This document shows, in pieces, positions 42,017 through 52,179 of a stretch of DNA of 57,023 nt (position 1 is the first letter of the stretch; each line of letters opens with the position of its first letter). Under the pieces are notes generated by a model that was given only the letters and a program-made list of their open reading frames with translations, searched no databases and was not told where the DNA came from. The DNA comes from a virus (Duplodnaviria > Caudoviricetes). The position numbers were made by a program, and so were the translations under genes. Location of the stretch: IMG/VR virus record IMGVR_UViG_3300022917_000002, positions 1-57,023 of that record; one strand, given 5' to 3'.

Positions 42017-43912
42017 ATGACCGCGCAGTTCAACGCGGACATCCTTACTCGGCTGGGCGACCTGACCCGCGACGAGCTGCGCTCCGCGCTCTCCGCGATC
42101 CGGGCCGACGCAGCCGCGTTCAAGGATGAGCCCGTCACCGAAGACTCGGTGGCCAAGTACAACACCCTGGTGGAGGCCGCGCGCAGCATCAACGCGCAGC
42201 TCGCCAACCTCGACCAGCTCGCCGCCACCAGCACCGCGCAGTTCGCCGAACTGGACGACCTCACCGCGCCGGCCGCCAGCGACAGCGGCGACACCGCCAC
42301 CACCGCCACCACCGACGGCGACAACGTCAACGACGGCCGCGTGGGCGACGGCAGCACGCCCGGCAATGCGGACGCTCAGGCGGCCCTGAACAAGGCCGAG
42401 GACGACGACGCGAAGGCCGACGACAAGACCAGCGGCGACACCACCCCCGACGGCGACGACAACACCGGCGCCGACGACGACACCAAGGAGGGCGGCCCCG
42501 TGACCGCATCCGGCCGCCGGCCGCTCGGCAACGGCGCCACCACCCCCGCCATCGCCCGCCTGCCGCAGATCAAGTCGGTCACGACCGTCGCCGGTGGCAT
42601 CGACGGCCACAGTCCGGGCGCGCGGCTCGACCGCCGGTCCCTCGCCGAGGCGTTCCGCGCCAAGGCGATGGCCGTCAGCGGTCGCGGTGTCTCCGGGTTC
42701 GAGCGGTACACGGTCGCCACGGTGCGCTCCGAGTTCCCCGAGGAGCGGATGCTGCACCGCAGTGCCGACCCGTTCGCCAACATCGAGCGCATCGAGGACG
42801 TGGCGGAGCGCGCGAGCCGGCTCCACGCCCGCGACAACGCGAGCAACCGCGTGCAGGTCCGCTCCGGGCTCGACGGCGAGGGCGCCCTGACGGCGGCCGG
42901 CCTGTGCGCCCCGCTGGAGAACCTGTACGACATCCGCACCATCGGCGACACCGACCGCCCGGTCCGTGACGCGCTCGTGCGGTTCGGCGCCGACCGTGGC
43001 GGCATCCAGTGGCGGCCCGCGCTCGACGGTGTCACCCAGACCGGTGGCATCGGTGTGTGGAGCGAGGCGAACGATGAGGCGTCGCCGCTGGTCCCCAAGA
43101 CCTGCGTGGAGATCGCCTGCCCCGGCCTGCTGACCGCCGTCGTCGACGCGATCTACCAGTGCCTGACGTTCTCGAACATGTCCACCCGCTTCGACCCGGA
43201 GTGGATGGACTCGACCATCAAGGCGCAGGCCATCGCGCACGCCCGCTTCGCCGAGAACCGGCTGCTCGGCCAGCTGACCACGGCGTCGAAGGACATCTAC
43301 GGCACGCGCCTGCTGGGCGCCACCCGCGACATCCTGTTCACGCTGGACGCGATCATCGCCTACTACCGCAACGTGCACCGTCTGGCCGACGAGGTGTCGC
43401 TGCGGTGGATCGCCCCGCTCTGGGCGAAGTACCTGATGCGCGCCGACATCACCCGCCAGATGGTGGGCGACGGCCTCCAGTCGCTGGCGATCACCGACGC
43501 CATGCTGAACGGCTGGTTGGCGGAGCGCAACATCAACGTCACGTGGCACCTGGACGGGATCGACCCGGCCGACTTCACGGTCCCGGCCCCGGACATCGTG
43601 GTCCCGGCGCAGTACTACACGCTGGCCATCAACGAGTCCGCGCTGCCGGCGTTCCCGACCTCGGTCAGCTCGCTGCTGTTCGCCGAGGGCGACTGGCTTC
43701 ACCTCGACGGGGGGACCCTGGACCTGGGCGTGGTGCGCGACTCCACCCTCAACGGCCAGAACCGGTTCCAGACGTTCTCCGAGTCGTTCGAGGTGCCGGC
43801 GTTCCGGGGCATCGAGTCCATCCACCTGGTCATCCCGGCACTGCCCACCGGCGAGTCGGCGGCGACCGCGAACACGGCGGTCGACACGGTCCCCGAGCCC
43901 GCCCCCGCGTAA
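42017..43912 (+). CDS. Major capsid (hexamer) protein with N-terminal scaffold region
   Basis: ALTAAGLCAP...YD, RGGI, KTCVEIAC, LDLGVVRDSTLNGQN..TFSE, cluster-B-like. Confidence 0.9.
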   Translation: MTAQFNADILTRLGDLTRDELRSALSAIRADAAAFKDEPVTEDSVAKYNTLVEAARSINAQLANLDQLAATSTAQFAELDDLTAPAASDSGDTATTATTDGDNVNDGRVGDGSTPGNADAQAALNKAEDDDAKADDKTSGDTTPDGDDNTGADDDTKEGGPVTASGRRPLGNGATTPAIARLPQIKSVTTVAGGIDGHSPGARLDRRSLAEAFRAKAMAVSGRGVSGFERYTVATVRSEFPEERMLHRSADPFANIERIEDVAERASRLHARDNASNRVQVRSGLDGEGALTAAGLCAPLENLYDIRTIGDTDRPVRDALVRFGADRGGIQWRPALDGVTQTGGIGVWSEANDEASPLVPKTCVEIACPGLLTAVVDAIYQCLTFSNMSTRFDPEWMDSTIKAQAIAHARFAENRLLGQLTTASKDIYGTRLLGATRDILFTLDAIIAYYRNVHRLADEVSLRWIAPLWAKYLMRADITRQMVGDGLQSLAITDAMLNGWLAERNINVTWHLDGIDPADFTVPAPDIVVPAQYYTLAINESALPAFPTSVSSLLFAEGDWLHLDGGTLDLGVVRDSTLNGQNRFQTFSESFEVPAFRGIESIHLVIPALPTGESAATANTAVDTVPEPAPA

Positions 43913-43990
43913 CCACATCCGGCTCCTCGCCGGGCCGCGCGCCTCGGTACGCGGCCCGGCGAGGATCTCCACATCAGAGGAGGTGGGAGC

Positions 43991-45133
43991 GTGTTCGCTC
44001 CTATTCAGCCGGTCCAGGCCAAGCCGCCCACTACCGGCCTGGTGGTTTCGGCCATCACCCCCAGCGAGGCGGACGATCGCTGGCAGGGCGGCATCTCGTG
44101 GCGCTCCGAGCGCTGCCCGGAGGCTCGCGGGTTCGACCCGTGTGCCGTGGGCGAGGACATCTTCGGCGACCCGCTCGGGGTCGGTGGGGACGGTCTCGTC
44201 TTCTACCGGCCGCAGGCGTTCCGGGTCGAGGACCGCTGCTCGACGCGGTCGGGTAGCTCGGCCCGCGACGAGACCCGCGTTCGCCGCCAGGCGGTGGCCG
44301 CGACCTCGTTTTTCGTGGCGCGCGAGCTGGAGAGCGGGGCGTTGTCGGCCGCCAACCCGTACGACAACTTGGACGGCGACCAGCAGTCCAACGCCTACCT
44401 CGGCATGCCCTCGGGTGAGATCGTCGACGGCGAGTGGGACCCGGCGGACGGTCTCGGGCAGCTGGAAGAGGCCGCGCGCCAGGCCCAGCTCGGCCAGGAT
44501 GTGTTCCTGCACGTGCCGGTGCGGCTGATCACCCGCTTGGGTGACCACCTGGTGCAGCAGGGTCCCCTGCTGTTCACCCGCACCGGTGCCCGCGTGGTCG
44601 CGGACGCCGGCTACACCGGCACCGGCCCCACCGTGGTGGCCACCGCCGAGGTGCAGACGGTGACGGTCACGGGCGGCCCGACGGGCGGCACGTTCACCCT
44701 CACCTACAGCGGGCAGACCACGGCCGCCATCGCCTACAACGCTGCCGCGAGCGCGGTGCAGACGGCGTTGAACAACCTGTCCAACCTGGACGGTGCGACG
44801 GTGAGCGGGTCCGCTGGCGGCCCGTACACGGTCACGTTCCCCGCCGGGAACGTCCCGCAGATGACGGCGTCCGGCGCCGGCCTCACGGGCGGCACCACTC
44901 CGGGCGTCAACGTGGTCACGGGCACGCCGGGCGCCGACCAGACGGTGGCGGCCGGCACCTGGATCTACGCGACCGGCCCGGTGGAGGTGCGGCTGGGCCA
45001 GGTGCACACGAGCAGCCTGCTTGACCACACCCGCAACGAGGTGGTCAACACGGCGGAACGCATGTTCGCCGCCACGTTCGACCCGTGCACCCTGTTCCAG
45101 CTGCAAGTCACCGAACCGGCCCCAGCCGAGTAA
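43991..45133 (+). CDS. Capsid pentamer/second capsid protein with inserted beta-sandwich domain
   Basis: RWQGGI, IYATGPV, N......AER; synteny after MCP. Confidence 0.7.
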   Translation: MFAPIQPVQAKPPTTGLVVSAITPSEADDRWQGGISWRSERCPEARGFDPCAVGEDIFGDPLGVGGDGLVFYRPQAFRVEDRCSTRSGSSARDETRVRRQAVAATSFFVARELESGALSAANPYDNLDGDQQSNAYLGMPSGEIVDGEWDPADGLGQLEEAARQAQLGQDVFLHVPVRLITRLGDHLVQQGPLLFTRTGARVVADAGYTGTGPTVVATAEVQTVTVTGGPTGGTFTLTYSGQTTAAIAYNAAASAVQTALNNLSNLDGATVSGSAGGPYTVTFPAGNVPQMTASGAGLTGGTTPGVNVVTGTPGADQTVAAGTWIYATGPVEVRLGQVHTSSLLDHTRNEVVNTAERMFAATFDPCTLFQLQVTEPAPAE

Positions 45134-45145
45134 CGAGGAGGATGG

Positions 45146-46114
45146 ATGTACGACAACTCAGGGAGCCTCTTCGCGCTCGGCCTGCGGCTTACGCAGCTGA
45201 ACACGACGGGCGCCCCGCTGGTGGGCACGCGCACGTGCTACACCACGGACTCGCTTGTGTCCGTGGGCGTGGGCCTCGAATATGAGGACGGCACGGAGAT
45301 CGTGCAGAAGACCGGCAGCGGCCGGGTGTGCCTGACCTACAAGGCGCCGGACACCCTGAAGCGCGGGACGATCTCCGACCTCCAGGTGTGCACGCCCGAC
45401 CCGAACGTGATGCAATTCGCCATGGGTGGCGACGTGATCACCATCGGGGGCGGGGACGGTATCGCCGAGGTGCAGACGGTCACGATCACCGGCACGCCCA
45501 CCGGCGGCAACTTCACGCTGACGTTCGACGGCGACACCACCGCCAACATCGTCTACAACGCGGCCGCCTCGGCCGTGGAGGCGGCACTGGAGGCGCTGGA
45601 CAGCGTCGGCGCCGACAACGTGACGGTCACCGGCAGCACCGGCGGCCCGTACACGGTGACGTTCAACGTCGACATGGGCGACGTGCCCGTGATGACCGCG
45701 TCCGGCGCCGGCCTGACCGGCGGCACCAGCCCGAACGTCAACGTTGTCACCGCCACCCCCGGCAACAACCTGACCGACATCGGGTACCGGGCGCCGGAGG
45801 TGGGCGTGGAGTCCAACCCCAACGGCATCTCCATCGAGATGTGGACGCGCGCGATTGACGCGGGCGCGTACGCAACCAACCTGCCCTACTTCCACTGGGT
45901 GCTTCCTCGCGCGCAGCTGCGGCCCTCCGACGCATGGACCCTGTCCGGCGAGGACCCGCTGCTGCCCGGCTTCGAGGGCACCTGCACCCAGAACGACAAC
46001 TGGGGTTCCGGTCCCGCCGAGGACTGGCCCTACGAGTCGGACCGGGTGTGGCAGTTCGCCCGAGTCGCCACGGTCCCGGACCTCACCCCGGGGTTCGTGG
46101 AGATCTCGGCCTAG
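45146..46114 (+). CDS. Major tail (tube) protein with inserted beta-sandwich domain
   Basis: LRLTQL...G, EYEDG.EI......G..C...KAPDTLKR, YFHWVLP, WGSGP. Confidence 0.85.
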   Translation: MYDNSGSLFALGLRLTQLNTTGAPLVGTRTCYTTDSLVSVGVGLEYEDGTEIVQKTGSGRVCLTYKAPDTLKRGTISDLQVCTPDPNVMQFAMGGDVITIGGGDGIAEVQTVTITGTPTGGNFTLTFDGDTTANIVYNAAASAVEAALEALDSVGADNVTVTGSTGGPYTVTFNVDMGDVPVMTASGAGLTGGTSPNVNVVTATPGNNLTDIGYRAPEVGVESNPNGISIEMWTRAIDAGAYATNLPYFHWVLPRAQLRPSDAWTLSGEDPLLPGFEGTCTQNDNWGSGPAEDWPYESDRVWQFARVATVPDLTPGFVEISA

Positions 46115-46194
46115 TCTCGGGTTCCTGGCCCGGGAAACGGGGGCGGTCCGGACCGCCGTGCCGGATCGCCCCCACCTTTACGTGGAGGTGAAAC

Positions 46195-46995
46195 GTGGCG
46201 CCGTCCCCCAGCTCACCGGTCCTGTGCTCGTCGTGGGCCACGGTCGACGACATCCCCGAGGAGCGCCTGGCCGAACTCCAGGGCGAGGGGGTCGACACCG
46301 ACCCGGACGCCCTGAACCGCCAGCTCCTGCGCGCCTCCGAGATCCTGTGGGCCCTGTCCGGGCGCACCTGGTACGGCGCCGGCTGCGAAGAGGACGCGGT
46401 GCTGCGCGCCTTCCCGCCCTCGATCGGCACCGGCACCTGGCCCTACCACGAGTCGTGGGGGTCGTGCGGCTGCTGGGTGGGCGGCAACTGGCTGGACGGC
46501 CGCTTCTACCCCGGCCTGGCCTACCGTGGTGTGCACGCCGCGCCGTTCGCGGTCGCCCTGCCGCGCTCACCGGTGGTGTCGGTGGAAGAGGTACTGGTGG
46601 ACGGCGAGCCGTTCACCGAGTGGAACCTGATCCGCTCCGGGTGGATCGAGCGCACCGACGGCCGGCCGTGGCAGGTGTGCGGGGACGCCACCGTCGTCAC
46701 CTACCGGTACGGCGAGCCGCCGCCACAGGCCGGCATCGACGCGGCGATCGAACTGGGCACTGAGCTGGCCCGCGAGGGACTGGAGTCCTGCCGGCTGCCG
46801 CCCAACGTGGTATCGGTGACGCGGCAGAACGTCACCATGGAGATCGAGGCCAACGACACCGAGCGGTTCCGCACCGGCCTCTACGGCGTGGATCTATGGT
46901 TGGACACCGTGAACCCGTACCGGCGGCCGCAGCCCGCGCAGGTGTGGAGCCCGGATGTCCCGAGACTGGCGAGGAGTGCCCACCGTGAAGTCTGA
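46195..46995 (+). CDS. Head-to-tail adaptor
   Basis: ASEILWALSGR, CRLP..V.SVTRQ.V, TGL..VDLWL..VNP. Confidence 0.8.
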   Translation: MAPSPSSPVLCSSWATVDDIPEERLAELQGEGVDTDPDALNRQLLRASEILWALSGRTWYGAGCEEDAVLRAFPPSIGTGTWPYHESWGSCGCWVGGNWLDGRFYPGLAYRGVHAAPFAVALPRSPVVSVEEVLVDGEPFTEWNLIRSGWIERTDGRPWQVCGDATVVTYRYGEPPPQAGIDAAIELGTELAREGLESCRLPPNVVSVTRQNVTMEIEANDTERFRTGLYGVDLWLDTVNPYRRPQPAQVWSPDVPRLARSAHREV

Positions 46996-47476
46996 CCCGT
47001 TCGCCCCGCCCACCAGCCCCACCCACCCCAAGAACCTGGCGGCCGAGACCGTCGCGCGCCGCGCCGACCTGGCGGAGCGCGAGCAGGAAGCACGCCGCGC
47101 CCTGCACACGACCGACCACGAGCGCCGCTTCGACAAGCTGCCCGACGGCGACGAGCTGTCCCGGCGTGCCACCCTCGTCGAGGAGTTCGACGAGGAGCTG
47201 AGCGCTGCGGGCGAGGCCAGCAACCCCACCCTCGTCGACATGGTGGGCGAGGAGTACGTGTGGCAGGCCGCCGAGACGGCGGGGGGTGCGGGCCGCTGGG
47301 CGCACGCCGGTAACGCCGACGACGAGCCCGCCGACGACGAGCCGGCCGAGGGCGAGGCCCCCGCTGCGACCAAGGCCGAGACCGGCAAGCGCCGTGGCGG
47401 CAAGGCCAAGCGCGCCACCAAGCCAGCCGAGAAACTGGCCGACGCGCTCGCCGCGCTCGACGAGCCGCAGAAGTGA
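46985..47476 (+). CDS. Hypothetical charged protein
   Basis: GAGGAG RBS; codon bias. Confidence 0.6.
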   Translation: MKSDPFAPPTSPTHPKNLAAETVARRADLAEREQEARRALHTTDHERRFDKLPDGDELSRRATLVEEFDEELSAAGEASNPTLVDMVGEEYVWQAAETAGGAGRWAHAGNADDEPADDEPAEGEAPAATKAETGKRRGGKAKRATKPAEKLADALAALDEPQK

Positions 47477-48012
47477 CCACCGGGACCGCGCTACACGTCC
47501 GCAGCCTGGCGCACGAGCTGCTGGACGCCGTCGTCCGCCACTGGTCGACCGCCGAGGGGGCGCCGCTGCCCGATCGCCGCTACCTGTCGGCCGGCGCCAA
47601 CCGGGGCGCCGCGTGGGACTGCGAGCAACTCACCGTCACCCTGGGCGGCATCGGGTGGGGGCCAGCGCTCGACGCCGCACCCGCCTCGCCGCGCCGAGGC
47701 TCTCCCGCGAACGTGGGCAGCGTCCGGCACGCCGTGTTCTACGTGCAGCTGGTTCGCTGCATCCCCAGTCCGGGCCGCGACGGAAAGCCCCCCACCGCCG
47801 AGGCGCTCTCCGTCGCGGGCGAGCAGTTTATGCGCGACTGCGGCCTGTTGTCTCAGGCGATGGTCACGTGGGCCTCGAACGTGGACCGCAGCCTGCCTGA
47901 CGACCTGGCCTCGTCGGTTCAGGCCGGCGTGGTCGAGGGCGTCGGCCCGCAGGGCGGGTACGTCGCCGCCGAGGTGTCGACGATCGTGTCCGCGCCCGGT
48001 CTGGAGGCGTGA
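47473..48012 (+). CDS. Tail terminator/completion protein
   Basis: AWDC.QL...RC.P...GPQGG motif; synteny. Confidence 0.65.
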   Translation: MTTGTALHVRSLAHELLDAVVRHWSTAEGAPLPDRRYLSAGANRGAAWDCEQLTVTLGGIGWGPALDAAPASPRRGSPANVGSVRHAVFYVQLVRCIPSPGRDGKPPTAEALSVAGEQFMRDCGLLSQAMVTWASNVDRSLPDDLASSVQAGVVEGVGPQGGYVAAEVSTIVSAPGLEA

Positions 48013-48013
48013 C

Positions 48014-48436
48014 GTGGCCGGCATCGACTGGCGGCCCACCGATGTCCGGCTCCTCCCCGGCGAGCCGCACCTGTTCGTCAACGACCGCCGCCAGGGCGTC
48101 ATCCCGGACCTGGAGCGCCGTATGGCGCTGGTGGCCGGCGTGGCTCGCGTCAAGGTGCGGGTGCGCACCGGCCTGACCCTGGCCAGCATCCGCCAGCGCA
48201 CCAACGTCAACCCGGCGGGCTGGCCGTCGGTGGACGTGATCGCCGGACACGAGGGCACCAACACGGTGCCGGTGATCGAGGATCAGGGTTCGCGCCCGCA
48301 CGTCATCCGGGCGCGCCGTCGCAAGACGCTCCGCTTCGTGGTCAACGGCCGCGTGGTGTTCCGGCGCAAGGTCGACCACCCCGGTACCCAGGGGTCAGGT
48401 TTCCTTACCGACGCCCTGCCATACGCTGCGCACTAG
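48014..48436 (+). CDS. Neck protein (HK97 gp10-like)
   Basis: VRTG.T..SI...G.RPH.I...V.HPGT...FL.DAL. Confidence 0.75.
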   Translation: MAGIDWRPTDVRLLPGEPHLFVNDRRQGVIPDLERRMALVAGVARVKVRVRTGLTLASIRQRTNVNPAGWPSVDVIAGHEGTNTVPVIEDQGSRPHVIRARRRKTLRFVVNGRVVFRRKVDHPGTQGSGFLTDALPYAAH

Positions 48437-48462
48437 ATCCCCTTGCCACCAGGAGGCACCCC

Positions 48463-49047
48463 ATGGCCAACAAGATCATCAGAGCGAAGAAGCGGCCCGA
48501 CCAGCGTCGCCACGACCCGATCGACGTGGAGTTCCTCCGTAACGGTGAGCCGTTCGTCGTCACCTTCCAGCCGGCCGGCACGGCGGACGCGGCAGCGCTG
48601 AACATGGCCCTCCAGGGCGCCAAGCACCCCGATCGCGCGCTGGAGGGCATGACCCGCTTCATCGGCAAGATGCTGGCCAACGACGACGGTGTGCCGGCAG
48701 CGTGGGAGCCCAGGCCCTACGAGCCGCCCGCCGAGGAGCCCCAAGACCTCGACGAGCTCGACCGCGCGCAGGCCGAGGCGTTGCGCGAGCAGGCCCGCGA
48801 GATCCTCGCCGACGAGCGCGACGACGACTCGAACACCGAACGCATGTTCGTCGGCCCCGACGGCGAGCCCTACCCCTACGAACTGCTGGACAAGTTCACG
48901 GCGTTCGAGGCCGGCTCGTCCCGACGCCGGTGGCGGCAGCTCCTCGACAATGACGACGACCTCGTGATCGAGGCGGAGGTGCTGTCGGCCCTGTTCGAGC
49001 ACCTGGCCGCGCTGGCGGCAAACCGCCCTACGCGACGGCCATCCTGA
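48463..49047 (+). CDS. Tail assembly chaperone (G)
   Basis: Upstream of TMP; ends NRPTRRPS. Confidence 0.75.
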   Translation: MANKIIRAKKRPDQRRHDPIDVEFLRNGEPFVVTFQPAGTADAAALNMALQGAKHPDRALEGMTRFIGKMLANDDGVPAAWEPRPYEPPAEEPQDLDELDRAQAEALREQAREILADERDDDSNTERMFVGPDGEPYPYELLDKFTAFEAGSSRRRWRQLLDNDDDLVIEAEVLSALFEHLAALAANRPTRRPS

Positions 49048-49400
49048 TACACGGGCTGGCCGAAGACCCAATCGTTGGACCCTACGTGCGGGGGCGCCTC
49101 GCACTTGCGGACATCGACTTGTCCGCGCCCCTGCCTCTGTGGCTGGATGCCGTGTACACGGTGTGGGCCGAAGCGCCTATCGAGACCCTCACCAAGATGA
49201 ACAAACAGCTCGTGCAAAAGTCGGCCATGCTGCGGCCCGACGAGGCACGGGAGACGTGGGGCATGCTCCCCGAGCACCAGGCCATGTCTGGCGGACTCGG
49301 GCGCGGCCCGGGACTGGAGGCCGGACGTGCAGCAGGAAAAGCGCCCCAGGCGCAACGCCCCCACCCGCGTCGCACGCCCATGCCCCGGAGGCCGGCGTGA
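49026..49400 (+). CDS. Tail assembly chaperone frameshift extension (T)
   Basis: -1 frame open across the G stop: PYATAILIHG...LDAVY...TWG. Confidence 0.65.
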   Translation, partial: PYATAILIHGLAEDPIVGPYVRGRLALADIDLSAPLPLWLDAVYTVWAEAPIETLTKMNKQLVQKSAMLRPDEARETWGMLPEHQAMSGGLGRGPGLEAGRAAGKAPQAQRPHPRRTPMPRRPA

Positions 49401-49636
49401 CCTGTAACTGCGCGGGCGCCCGCTGGGTCGCCGACCCCGCCTACGCGCCCCCCGGCGCCTACCGGCCGCCGCCCGCCCCGCACCAGGGCCTCATGCCGTG
49501 CCCCGACTGCAACCCTGAGGGCGCCAGCCAGGTATGGCCGCCCGAACCCCCGCCCGCCGCCCGCCAGCCCGTACAGGAGCAGGTGGAGGCCCAACAGGCC
49601 GCGTGGGCGGACGCCGCGCAGCAGGAGGGGAGCTAG
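49397..49636 (+). CDS. Small Zn-ribbon Pro-rich protein
   Basis: CNC.G.RW...PCPDCN; GGAGG RBS. Confidence 0.55.
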   Translation: MTCNCAGARWVADPAYAPPGAYRPPPAPHQGLMPCPDCNPEGASQVWPPEPPPAARQPVQEQVEAQQAAWADAAQQEGS

Positions 49637-49638
49637 CC

Positions 49639-52179
49639 GTGGCGCTCCGGGTCATCGCCGAGGCCGGCATCCGGCTGCGCGCCGACGGCAAGGGCCTGGC
49701 CCTGGAGATCCGCACCGTCATCTCCAGGGCGCTGCGCGAGGCGCAGGCCGCCAGCCGCGACAGCGACATCCCCTCGCCCACCACCCGCATGGCCGACGAT
49801 GCGGACCGCGACAGCAACCGCATGCGCAAGTCCCTGTCCGGCCTGCTCAAGCACGTGGGCAGCGTCGCGTCCGGGCTCGCCTCCGCGCTGCTCGCCGGCA
49901 CCCGGCTCGCCCTCATCGGCACGGCCGCCGTGGGCGCGCTCGCCGGTGTCACCCAGCTGGCGCTCGGCGTGGGCGCGCTCGCGGGCGCCGCAGCGCAGGC
50001 GGCCGGCGTGCTGGGCCTGCTGCCGGCCGCGCTCGCCGCGCTCGCCGTCGTCCAGGTGTCGGTGAAGCTCGCGACCCAGGGTATGGGGGACGCGTTCAAG
50101 GCCATCGCCTCGGGCGATGCCGCAGCGTTCAACGAGGCGCTGAAGGAGCTGTCGCCCTCGGCGCGCCAGTTCGCCCAGGAGATGAAGGCTCTGAAGCCCA
50201 TCTTCGACGAGATCCAGCAGGCCACACAGGAGGCCCTGTTCTCGGAGATCGCCGATGTGGTCAAGCCTCTGGGGCAGACCTACCTGCCGATCTTCGGCGC
50301 CGCATTCCAGGGCGTGGCCAAGAACATCGGGTTGGCCGCTCGCGAGACCGCCGACTTCCTACTACAGGCGCCCGAGGTGCAGAAGGTCACCGTCTTCACG
50401 ACCAACGTGCAGGAGGCGTTCGCCAACCTGGCCGGCGCGATGCGGCCCGCCACCTCGGCCCTGGTGGACCTCGTCAGCACCGGCTCGACGTTCCTGCCCC
50501 GGCTCACCGCCGCCGTGTCCACCTTCGCTACCGGCTTCGCCGAGAAGATCTCGGCGATGGCCGCTGACGGTCGGCTGGAAGCGTTCTTCGAGCGCGCCAT
50601 CGTCGCCCTCCAGACCCTCGGCCGGATCTTCGGCAACGTGTTCGAGTCCCTGGGCAACGTGATGAACGCGGCCCGCACAGCCGGCGCCGGCCTGCTGGAG
50701 AGCATCGAGGCCATCACGCAGCGCCTCGCCGACTTCACCGGCTCCAACGCCGGACAGGAGGCGCTGGTCAGCTTCTTCGCCTCCATGCACAAGGTGGTGC
50801 AGGCGTTGCTGCCGGTGCTGGAGGCCGTGTTCAGCGTGTTCGCCAACACCGTGCTGCCGATCCTGGCGCAGGTCGCCTCGGTCATCGGCCCCGTGCTGGT
50901 GCCGATCATCGCGGCATTCGGCCGGCTCCTGTCCGCGCTGAGCCCGCTGTTTCAGGCGCTGGCCGGCGCGCTCGGCCAGGTGCTGGCCGCGTTCGAGCCG
51001 GTGATCGACGCCTTCAGCGAAGCGATCAACGACGCGATGCCCACCCTGGGTCCGATCATCAAGGAAATCGGGGCGGCATTCGCCAACCTGGTGAAGTCCA
51101 TGGCGCCGCTGGCCGGGGTATTCGTGCAGCTGCTACAGGCGCTGCTACCCATTGTGCCGCCGCTTATTCAAATGGTGGCCGACCTCATGCCACGACTGAT
51201 TGACTTCATTATCGCGATCGTGCCCTACATTCAGGCGTGGGCCGACATGATGGTCACCCTGATTCCGATCTTCACCGACATTGTGGGATTCCTGCTCGAC
51301 GTATTCATCCCGGTATTCAGCATCATAGCCACCGTGCTCGGGTTCGTGCTCACCGTGGCCACCGCCGTAATCCAGGGCATATGGAACGTGGTTACGTCCG
51401 TGTTCGGGGCCATAGCCGACTTCATCTCCTACATCTGGAATGGCATCGGCGACTTCTTCAGCGGCATATTCTCGTGGATCGGCGACCTGTTCTCCGACGG
51501 ATTCGGTGGCCTCGTCGGGAAAGTCGGACAGTGGTTCACCCAGATCTGGCAGAACATTGTCAGCCTGATGGGTAACATTGTCAGCGGTGTCGGTGACGCC
51601 ATCGGCAACGTGGTCGACTGGTTCCTGTCGCTGCCCGGCAAGGTGTGGGATGCGGTGAAGGGCGCCGCCCGGTGGCTATACGACACGGGCCGCCAGATCA
51701 TCCAAGGCCTGATCGACGGTATCAAGTCCATGGTCGACGACCTCCTGTCGGTTATCGGGGTCACCACGCAGGGCGCCATCAACAAGGCGAAGTCCGGCTT
51801 CGCGGTCAAGTCGCCCTCGCGCGTGTTCCACCAGATCGGCGTGAACGTCGGCCAGGGCCTCGTGGACGGCCTGCACTCGATGGTGGGCGACGTGGCGGCC
51901 GCAGCGGATGCCATGGTGGCCGGCGCACTGCCCGACGACGGCGGCATCACCCTGGACGCCAACCACGCCGGGGAGCTGGTCGGTGCCGGCGCCGGTGTGG
52001 GCCGAGGCGCCGTGGTCGTCAACCAGACGAACGTCATGCGCCCCGGCACCGACGTGAACCAGTTCGCCAACATCGTGCTCCGGCGCGGCTACGGCGACTT
52101 CCTCTCCGGCGCCAACACCCTCACCGTGGGGCGGAACGGCGTGCAGGCCGGCGTCAACGATCAGCAGGTGAACGCATGA
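49639..52179 (+). CDS. Tape measure protein
   Basis: Long helical Ala/Leu-rich protein with W/F periodicity; KSPSRVF. Confidence 0.92.
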   Translation: MALRVIAEAGIRLRADGKGLALEIRTVISRALREAQAASRDSDIPSPTTRMADDADRDSNRMRKSLSGLLKHVGSVASGLASALLAGTRLALIGTAAVGALAGVTQLALGVGALAGAAAQAAGVLGLLPAALAALAVVQVSVKLATQGMGDAFKAIASGDAAAFNEALKELSPSARQFAQEMKALKPIFDEIQQATQEALFSEIADVVKPLGQTYLPIFGAAFQGVAKNIGLAARETADFLLQAPEVQKVTVFTTNVQEAFANLAGAMRPATSALVDLVSTGSTFLPRLTAAVSTFATGFAEKISAMAADGRLEAFFERAIVALQTLGRIFGNVFESLGNVMNAARTAGAGLLESIEAITQRLADFTGSNAGQEALVSFFASMHKVVQALLPVLEAVFSVFANTVLPILAQVASVIGPVLVPIIAAFGRLLSALSPLFQALAGALGQVLAAFEPVIDAFSEAINDAMPTLGPIIKEIGAAFANLVKSMAPLAGVFVQLLQALLPIVPPLIQMVADLMPRLIDFIIAIVPYIQAWADMMVTLIPIFTDIVGFLLDVFIPVFSIIATVLGFVLTVATAVIQGIWNVVTSVFGAIADFISYIWNGIGDFFSGIFSWIGDLFSDGFGGLVGKVGQWFTQIWQNIVSLMGNIVSGVGDAIGNVVDWFLSLPGKVWDAVKGAARWLYDTGRQIIQGLIDGIKSMVDDLLSVIGVTTQGAINKAKSGFAVKSPSRVFHQIGVNVGQGLVDGLHSMVGDVAAAADAMVAGALPDDGGITLDANHAGELVGAGAGVGRGAVVVNQTNVMRPGTDVNQFANIVLRRGYGDFLSGANTLTVGRNGVQAGVNDQQVNA

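Noticed and set aside
41981-45106. Long antisense ORFs (also 37156..39876 and 8521..10623)
   Set aside because: Shadow frames of high-GC genes whose opposite strand has recognisable motifs
44645-45763. Diversity-generating retroelement TR/VR pair
   Set aside because: Differences are mostly synonymous rather than adenine-specific; no reverse transcriptase found
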